64,000 bases of DNA from Macrostomum hystrix (taxonomy: Eukaryota > Animalia > Platyhelminthes), in contig CATNEN010000029.1 of NCBI GenBank assembly GCA_950097015.1, positions 2,046,001 to 2,110,000 of the forward strand, written 5' to 3'. The translations under genes and the position numbers were made by a program. Below are positions 1 to 10,000 of this stretch, in pieces (within the stretch, counting starts at the first letter, position 1; each line of letters starts with the position of its first letter). The notes beneath the pieces are model-generated. The model made no database searches and was not told where the DNA came from. It worked only from the letters and a program-made list of their open reading frames with translations.

Positions 1-813
1 TACATGGCACTTGCAACTTACCTGCAATCCCACCTACCACTAGCGGATGCGACACTATGCTAGGCGCAGTTTTTGGACCCAACCAGAGTTGAGAACCTGT
101 CGTCCAAATTTGCAATGAAGATGGCCAAAGCATTGAGATTTCCTGAAGACAGCATTACAGCAATCGATAGAGAATGGAGGCAGCTGGTACTGGCCATTGC
201 TACCAATGAGATCAGCATTCCTGATGAGAATTTGACTGTGCTAGACTTTTGGCTCACTGTAGGGAGTTTGAAGGCATCAACAGAGGAGTTTAGATTTCCA
301 ACAGTGTGGCGACTTACCTCTGCTGCTCTAAGCATACCACATGGAAATTCTCGAGCCGAATGTGAGTTCTCTAGCCTGGCAGATCTGCTAATGCAAAAGC
401 GCAATTCACTACATGCATTGACTCTGTACTCTAGCCTGCTTATAAATGGGTTTCTGAAGTCCACTGCTCTCACATGTGAGACCTTCATTTTTGATGACCG
501 TTACATTGCCGAAAGACTCAACGCCCGACAAAATCAGGCTGCTTGGCAAAGGCACATGCAGAGAGAAGAGGAGCTGCACAAGGAGCAACTTGCTCAAGAG
601 GCTGCCAGTACAAGCAATACAAAAGATGTTGATGCAAAGGTGACAGAGATTCAGGAAAAGAAGCGGCTGCTTGAATTGGAATCGAATAAGGCGAATGCCT
701 TGCTAAGCAAATACCAGCAGAAGATGCTGGCCCTGCAGGTGGAGAGGAAGAATCTGGATAAGGCAGAGAACAAACTGGCCAAGAAGAAGAGCAAATTGGA
801 GGCCAAGCAATGA
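1..813 (+). pseudogene. C-terminal part of a hAT-superfamily transposase (dimerisation domain plus coiled-coil tail), probably decayed; 5' end lies outside the window
   Basis: The frame from position 1 reads YMALATYLQSHLPLADATLC*AQFLDP, with an in-frame TAG at 61-63. It continues to FPTVWRLTSAALSIPHGNSRAECEFSSL, which matches the hATC motif LS(L/I)PHSNAxxERxFS. The frame is intronless and AT-richer than the host genes. Confidence 0.75.
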
Positions 814-3584
814 AGTATAAACTTAATGCATTAGCTTCTGCTATTTGACAAGCGACTATTTACTAAGTCTGTGACTATTCCCTCATTCATTTGCTTGTAT
901 TTGCTTTTGGAATGTCTTCGCAAATATTTTTACTGTACTCACAAATTGTACATGCGAAAATATACGTCTAGTACTTATCAATGCCACTTTATCAAAAAAC
1001 AGTCTTGTGCTCACTTGAGCAGGAATTTTTTGCTGCATTTTTCCTTCCTTGTTTTTTTCCAATTCCCTCTGTCACACCACTGACTAGAAGCTAACAAGCT
1101 CACTGTAACCCAAGCCTAATTACCTACAGAAATTTCAACTTGCTATAGTATAAGTGTACAATATTGAATTTCAAAATGAGTTTGGTCTTGTCTATGTAAA
1201 AAAACAAAAATGGACTACAATAGACCACAACAGATTACAATAGACTATAGTAGGACTGAAGTAGTTGACCAGCATTTCAGTGCCAGGAATTTCGGTGCCT
1301 AGTCTTGCTCTTTGGTACCATTTTGATGCATTTTGCCATTTTTGTTCCTATATAAAACATGATAAAACATATAAAACATAAAACTTAATTTAAGGCCTTC
1401 TTTGCACCCACATAAATAAATAAATAAACAAAAAACTGAAGATCATTTATTCATAAATAAAGCATTTTCAAATTCATTGAAGCAACATGTTTTGCAGGTT
1501 ATGTTAAAAGAACAGCATTGGATCTGCTTCCAATAAAAAGTTATACACATTTAAATGTGTAAAATGTGAAAAGTTCATGTCTTGCTATTTTTTGTGAAAA
1601 TCAGTCTGTAATAAAATGTCTTAGAAAGAAAGTTTTCCAAGAAACACATAGAAACTATGTACATGCACATAACACACTATTCAAAGCTTGCTACTGTATT
1701 AGTAGAACAATAGGAATTCCAACAGTTGTAAGCTATGAGCATTTGCAACTAAAATGGTTTGATGTATTAAAAAAACAAAATAATAAGACAGACAAATGGC
1801 TAGTAATGCATTGTAATATTATATAATGTATTTTGCTTTGTGTTTTTTTAACCAAATGCATTAAAAAGGCACAGAATAGCCTAGTACCAAAAAGCATAGG
1901 GACCAAAATGTTTAGCAACCACTAAAGCAGTAATTTTTTTACATTTTACAATATGGCTTAAAGAGCTCTGTTAATTTCTAGTAATATTCATTGTAATTTA
2001 ACCTTATTTCAAAAGGTTCCAATTTGTTCATCTGCCACTATCTTGTCTGCCAATAGACAAGTTGACTTTTTTTGTAGGCAAGTAAAATTCATGAGCAGAC
2101 AAGTTAGAAAACTTGGCCCGAATTGAAATTAAACACCTTGCTATCATGCCAGTGTATAGATGGAAGACCAGCAGTTATTTTAACTGTTTCAGTAAGTTTA
2201 ATAGTTTTGTATTGCACATACTTTTTATTCTGTGTGAAAGGAAATTTCAACTTGGCACTTCAACATACTACAGTTGTTAACAGAATAACAGACTGATTTC
2301 TTATTCTTTCATGCACTTTCATGCCTCTATGAAGATAGTAGATGGTTTTATTTTATTTTGTGCCATAGCAGGTAACTTTATTTTAATTGTCCTTATAATA
2401 AACAAGTTTGTTTGAAGTTACTTTTAAAGATTTGTTAATAGCAGACAAGATGGCTACAGACAAAAAGCCTAGACATCAATTTCTAAGACTTGAAAGTAAA
2501 ACGAAGTTATACAATTCTTAATAAAAAGTTTTAGATTATAAAAATTATTTGTTCATATAAATAGCAGCAGGCTATAGTTTCTTATTTAATCATTTTTTAT
2601 TTTTCATTTGGCTTACTTTGCACTGACATAAGTCTATGGCAGTTGTTAGATCATCTGAGTCTTAGTCTGATCATCTAATAGTCAATGTTTTTGTTTCTTT
2701 GTGCAAGTTTAACTTTTTTAAGAATAAACCATGCATAAAATCTTAAATTGCAGATATTTTATAAGGAAAATAATGACACAACACATACTGAGACAAAAAT
2801 TCACTATTGAGATTTCAGAATATCAACATATAAGTTCTGTGTTGCTGGGGGACATGAGTTCTTTGTTAATTTACTAAGGAATATTAGTTCAATGTTGCTA
2901 AGGAGCATAAGTTCTCTGCTGCTGAATGAGTGTTTACCAACCTGTTACCAGAAAAGGAGATGATGTTTGGGCCAACTTGAAGGGGGCTGATTGGCAGTCT
3001 TGGATACAAAAAGTCACAACTATTTACTTACTCTACCTAAAACTTTGATCTAACTCTAGGTCCTACAGAACAATATAGCTAGGCCCCTGGGGCTTACTGG
3101 GTAACAGATTGCAGATAAAAAACATTGCATCTACATATATGCTAACTTGATTGGGACCCTCAATATATTTTGTGCTTTTTAATCCATTGCAGTCAAGCTA
3201 GTTGCTTACACAGACTGTCAGAAGTACAAATTGAAACTAACTATTTCATAATTATGAGACAGTGGAAATATGAAAACAGGTAGAATAAAAAATCCAGTTA
3301 CAAAACCATTGAAGCTAAATTATGTTATTAAATTTATTGTTTTATTTACCTTATATTTGTGTGTACAAAAATGTTTAGCTAGCAGGGAAATTCAAGAAAT
3401 TCTTATTTGACAGACATTTTGAAAGACACTGAAATGTTAGGAGAAACATTGTTGGGGTAGCAATTATAGCTCCATGTCATCTAGTGTTGAAATTTTTTGC
3501 TATTCCTATTTTATTTTAGCACTTAGTTTTATTTCTAGAACGAATATTGTCACATAGCTTGTAAATCTGAAACAGCATAAAAGA

Positions 3585-3667
3585 AAACATAATCAATAAA
3601 CATAATAAATAAACATAATCAATAAACATAATCAATAAACATAATCAATAAACATAATCAATAAACA
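3585..3667. repeat. 13-bp tandem repeat (AATAAACATAATC)n, about 6 copies
   Basis: Read directly from the sequence. Confidence 0.85.
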
Positions 3668-4060
3668 TTCATCATTTCAGGTTTCTTTTTTTCCAGCTAG
3701 CAAATGCAATAATATACCAAATAGTCTACTAAGTAGATTTTATTGTTTTAAATGCAACCTTGATGTATTAAAAGAAATCTAACATATCTAATTTCAAAGA
3801 ATAGCCAATTTATAAAAGTTCTAATAAATTAAGTTTACCTAGTCAACTGGTTGCACAAGTTAATAAAGTACAAACAGATTAAATGAGGAAAGCGCAGCAG
3901 AGCAGCCTGGTCATTGTGAAACTAATTTTGTAAATAAATAATTAAAGAATATTCAGAAACAGACAACAGCATAGGCAGCAGGAGCAATTGTTGAAGCCGG
4001 CTCGGTGCAGGCTGCTGCTGGGCTAACTTCCGCTTAGCTGTTGAACTGCGCACCGCCAGT

Positions 4061-7000
4061 ATGGACGAGGCTTCCAAGCAATTATTCAGCCCAGTTGATC
4101 CAGAGACATTGTTCACGGATCTGTCCGAGATTGGCCATGGAAACTTTGGAGCTGTCTATCATGTAAGTGCTTTTTATCCATCCAGCGGACTAATCTAGCC
4201 AGCTATCCAGCTGTCTACTCATCTACCTTGCCATCTATCTAGCTGTCTACTCATCTACCTTGCCATCTATCTAGCTGTCTACTCATCTACCTTGCCATCT
4301 ATCTAGCTGTCTACTCATCTACCTTGCCATCTATCTAGCTGTCTACTTATCTCCCATCCCATCTATCTAGCTGTCTACTTATCTCCCATCCCATCTATCT
4401 AGCTGTCTACTTATCTACATTGCCATCTATCTAGCTGTCTACTTATCTACCTTGCCATCTATCTAGCTGTCTACTTATCTACCTTGCCATCTATCTAGCT
4501 GTCTACTTATCTACATTGCCATCTATCTAGCTGTCTACTCATCTACCTTGCCATCTATCTAGCTGTCTACTTATCTACCTTGCCATCTATCTAGCTGTCT
4601 ACTCATCTCCCATCCCATCTATCTAGCTGTCTACTTATCTACCTTGCCATCTATCTAGCTGTCTACTTATCTACATTGCCATCTATCTAGCTGTCTACTT
4701 ATCTACATTGCCATCTATCTAGCTGTCTACTTATCTACATTGCCATCTATCTAGCTGTCTACTTATCTACATTGCCATCTATCTAGCTGTCTACTTATCT
4801 ACATTGCCATCTATCTAGCTGTCTACTTATCTACCTTGCCATCTATCTAGCTGTCTACTCACTCATCTCCTGTCCCATCTATCTAGCTGTCTACTCACTC
4901 ATCTCCTGTCCCATCTATCTAGCTGTCTACTCATCTCCCATCCCATCTATCTAGCTGTCTACTTATCTACCTTGCCATATATCTAGCTGTCTACTTATCT
5001 ACCTTGCCATCTATCTAGTTGTCTACTCATCTCCTGTCCCATCTATCTAGCTGTCTACTCATCTCCCATCCCATCTATCTTGCTACCTACCTTCCTACCT
5101 ACCTACCTACCTACCTACATACCTACCTACCTGCCTACCTACCTACCTACCTACCTACATACCTACCTACCTACCTACCTACCTACCTACATACCTACCT
5201 ACCTACCTACCTACCTACATACCTACCTACCTACCTACCTACCTACCTACCTACCTACCTACCTACATACCTACTTACCTACCTACCTACCTACCTACCT
5301 ACCTACCTACCTACCTACCTATTTGTCATAGCTGAGAGATCTCCCAGTCCTTGTGCGTCCGGTTCTCTAACTCTGTCCTATCACTTCATCAATCAACACA
5401 CACAACGCACACACATTTCTGTCTGTTTCCAGGCAAAATACAAGAACAGCGGCGAGGTGGTGGCCATCAAGAAGATGTCCTTTGCTGGAAAGAATCGTGA
5501 CGAGGTAAGTAAATAAAAAATATTTCTCTATTTCATTCCGCATCACGCGATATGATTTGTATTTACTTGCCTCCGTATCTTGCTGAAATTCCTAAATAAC
5601 AGAAATTCGAAGACATCAAAAAGGAGGTTCAATTCATCAAGCAGCTTCGGCACGAAAACTGCGTGCGTTATATTTCCGCCCATCTGAACAACAACACGGC
5701 ATGGGTGAGTGTGAATATAATAGCTAGCTGTCAACTGACTCGAATGAATTTAGAACTTCTCAACACTCAACCTGTATAGACTCAATCTTCTACTCAACCT
5801 GTATAGGCTAAGACGAACTCAATCTTCTACTCTAGATGTATAGACTAAAACTTAAACAATTTTGACTCAATTTTATACTCAAGCTGTATAGGCTCAGATA
5901 GACTCAATCATGTACTCAATTTGTATAGGCTCAGATAGACTCAATAATGTACTCAAGCTGTATAGGCTCAGATAGACTCAATCATGTACTCAAGCTGTAT
6001 AGGCTCAGATAGACTCAATCATGTACTCAATCTGTATAGGCTCAGATAGACTCAATCATGTACTCAATCTGTATAGGCTCAGATAGACTCAATATTGTTC
6101 TCAAGCTGTATAGGCTCAGATAGACTCAATCATGTACTCAAGCTGTATAGGCTCAGATAGACTCAATATTGTTCTCAAGCTGTATAGGCTCAGATAGACT
6201 CAATATTGTTCTCAAGCTGTATAGGCTCAGATAGACTCAATATTGTTCTCAAGCTGTATAGGCTCAGATAGACTCAATATTGTTCTCAAGCTGTATAGGC
6301 TCAGATAGACTCAATCATGTACTCAATCTGTATAGGCTCAGATAGACTCAATCTTGTACTCAAGCTGTATAGGCTCTAATAGACTTAATCTCATGCTCAA
6401 AATGTATCTATGGGCTTAAAACATACCAACAATATGATGTTGAGCATACATTAAAATTGAGTTATTTAGAGCTCGCCACAGCTCGAGCATGTGATTGAAT
6501 CTATTAATTATTCATTATATCTGTGCTAACACACTTGTAAACCGCTTCATCCAGCTTGTGATGGAGTACTGCCTCGGCTCAGCATCCGACATCATCGAGG
6601 TGCTCAAGGCGCCACTTAAAGAGGTTGAGATAGCGTCCATCATTCATGGTGCATTGCGTGGCCTGGCCTATTTGCACAGCATGAACTGCATCCACCGTGA
6701 CCTCAAAGCTGGCAACATCCTACTGACTGAGGCTGGCTGCATCAAATTAGGCGACTTTGGCAGTGCTTCGCTAGCCTCCCCTGCTAACAGCTTCATCGGC
6801 ACGCCCTACTGGATGTCGCCGGAGCTCATCACCGCCATGGAAGACGGCGTCTATGACGGCAAAACCGACATGTGGTCTCTAGGTAAGTATAGAATTTGAA
6901 TTTAAGTCTTAATTCGACCGAAAATGGCAGTCTATATTAAAATCTCGATCGTGTACAATTCCAGTCTATTTAGATGTCTAGATCTGAAGTCTATTCAAAT

Positions 7001-10000
7001 GTCTAGATCTGAAGTCTATTCAGATGTCTAGATCTGATGTCTATTCAGGTGTCTAGATCTGATGTCTGTACAGATGTCTAGATATGGTGTCTATTTTAAT
7101 GTCTAGATATGGTGTCTATTTAGATGTCCAAGATCTGATGTCTAGATAATATTGCTATTCAGATGTCTAAATCTGATGTCTAGATCATATGCTATTCAGA
7201 TGTCTAGATCTGATGTCTAGATCATATGGCTATTCAGATGTCTAGATCTGATGTCTACATCATATGGCTTTTCAGATGTCTAGATCTGATGTCTAGATCA
7301 TATGGCTATTTAGATGTCTAGATACAAGCGGCAACTCAATTACCCCCCTCTCCAATCCACAGGCATCACCAGCATCGAACTTGCGGAAACCAAGCCGCCG
7401 CTGTTCCACATGAACGCCATGTCGGCCCTGTACCACATACCCCAGGACCCGCCGCCGCGCCTACAAGAGCCAGATCAGTGGAGTCGCGAGTTTTTTCATT
7501 TTGTCGAACGCTGCCTCCAGAGCGCCCCAGTTGATCGTATTAGCTCAGCTGACGGACTGTCGCATCCGTTTGTAACACGCGATAGGCCAAACAGCACCGT
7601 GTTAGATCTGATCTCGCGCAGTGTCCGCGCCGTACAAAGTTCCAATACGGCGCAGAATTTTCGACGCGGCAGAAAAATCCTCATTGGCGCCGGCTGCGGC
7701 GGCCCAGAAGTTGAATTGGACTCTGACAGCCTGGCCTCTGAGGATCTGCAGCTGCAGGAGGCCGAGGAGAATGGCTCACTTGGTTCCGCCGGTGCTGCCG
7801 GCTCGGAATCGCCAACAGCGACCGCCGCCGCGAAGCATCAGCGAGGCCCGTCTGGTATCTCAGCCGGCGCTGCGGCTTCCTCGCCGCCGCCTGGCGCCTC
7901 CACCGGCTATCCGTCCGCTATTCAGCAGCATCAGCAGTCGCTTCATCAACTGCCAGCTCAGTCTTCGTCGGCGGTTTCTTTGCCAGCGATGGCCGAGGCC
8001 GCATCCGGCGCCGGCAATCCGGCCGCCTCGTCGCCAGCTTTGAGCGCCCTGGCCGCGATGGGCGGCAGCGAGACAATGGCCACTAATCTGGGCGTGTCGG
8101 CCTATCAGATTTCTACGACTGGATCGACTCGCCCTCAGCCGGCCTTTCCAACTATTAAGAGTAGTCACATTGTGCATAGGGAGCGGCGCGAGCACCTGCA
8201 GGATGCTACAGCACGCGAGCAGGTCAGTTTTATTAATGCCATAATCTATTTGCTTCAATCTTATTAACCGCAACTAATTATAGTCGTAGCCACGTCATTT
8301 TTCCTATATAAATAGCTGTCTATGGGGCCGTCAACTCGTCTGAAGACGGGTTTCTTGTCCCACCTCGTTGGGCCTTCCACGTAAATATAGCAAAATTTAA
8401 GTCCCGAATGCTAATATCACTGAGCATACACGTGCACACCACGTGATACGTACACACACACACACACACACACACACTTTGTCACCGTCAGGCAGTGTAC
8501 AATTTTACACTGCCTCGATGGTTGGCCCTCATGGGCTTAAATTACACGTCAAGCCCAAAAATCTTCTCTCTGTGGTTGATCCCTAAGCCTTCTCTCCGTT
8601 ATCCCATACCTTCTCTCCGTGGGTTGTCCTAAGCCTTCTCTCCGTGGTTTATCCCTAAGCCTTCTCTCCGTGGTTTATCCCTAAGCCTTCTCTCCGTGGT
8701 TTATCCCTAAGCCTTCTCTCCGTGGTTTATCCCTAAGCCTTCTCTCCGTGGTTTATCCCTAAGCCTTCTCTCCGTGGTTTATCCCTAAGCCTTCTCTCCG
8801 TGGTTTATCCCTAAGCCTTCTCTCCGTGGTTTATCCCTAAGCCTTCTCTCCGTGGTTTATCCCTAAGCCTTCTCTCCGTGGTTTATCCCTAAGCCTTCTC
8901 TCCGTTATCCCAAGCCTTCTCTCTGCGGGTTGTCCTAAGCCTTCTCTCCGTTATCCCAAGCCTTCTCTCCGCGGGTTGTCCTAAGCCTTCTCTCCGTTAT
9001 CCCAAGCCTTCTCTCCGCGGGTTGTCCTAAGCCTTCTCTCCGTGGTTTTTCCCTAAGCCTTCTCTCCGTGATCCCATACCTTCTCTCCGCGGGTTGTCCT
9101 AAGCCTTCTCTCCGTGGTTTTTCCCTAAGCCTTCTCTCCGTGATCCCATACCTTCTCTCCGCGGCTTGTCCTAAGCCTTCTCACTTAAAGCTTAGGAAAC
9201 TAAAAATCTAAAAACTAAAAATCTAAAAAAGCTTAGGGACATAATTTCGAGTCGTTCTTTAGCTCCAGACAATGCTTATTACGTCTGTCACTATCACAAC
9301 TCCCCGACTGCTGTCACAGATGAGCAACTACAAGCAGCTGCGTCGCAAGCATCAGAAGGTGGTGAAGCAGCGCGAGGCTGCCAACCGGGCCGAAGAGAAC
9401 TCCATCAAGCAGCAGCTGGATCGGGTGTACACCTCGCAGCGCGACGGTTTCCAGAAGTCGTCGGATAAGCTGGCGGAACAGATTGGCCAGAGTCGGGATC
9501 GCCTCTCCAAGGAGTTGCAGTCCGAAGAGGAGAAACTTCGGCGCAGTCTGGAATCCGAGCTGAAGGCCAGGCTAAAAGCCTTGCGCAAAGAGCTAGACAA
9601 GGACCAGCGCTTGAGCAAACCTGACAGGCTAGCTCAGAGCGATTCAACAGAGAAGAAGGATCATTACGAACTGGAGACCCAGATGCGGGCCTGTCGTAGG
9701 CGCGGCATTCTTACCCTGCTGCAGTTTGAACGGGAGGCGGCCGAGCACGATATCTCGCTGCGACTGCAGCAGAAGGACATGCAGAATGCCTTACTGATGG
9801 AGCATCACGAACGGATCAAGAAGATGGAAGAGGAACAGCTGACTGGCCTGCATCGGCTTAAAATTGATCAGATGCGAGAGCAACAGTAAGTCATTGATTC
9901 TTAACCATTATCCATCCTTTCTGTGTTTTCTAATTGTGATTATTTGCTTTCTTAGCACCTCCATTTCTTAGAACCTCCATTTAGTTATCCTACCCCTTAA

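Noticed and set aside
5019-5516. ORFs with PTYL repeats
   Set aside because: These are translations of the (CCTA)n microsatellite; only 5433-5504 is a real TAO exon.
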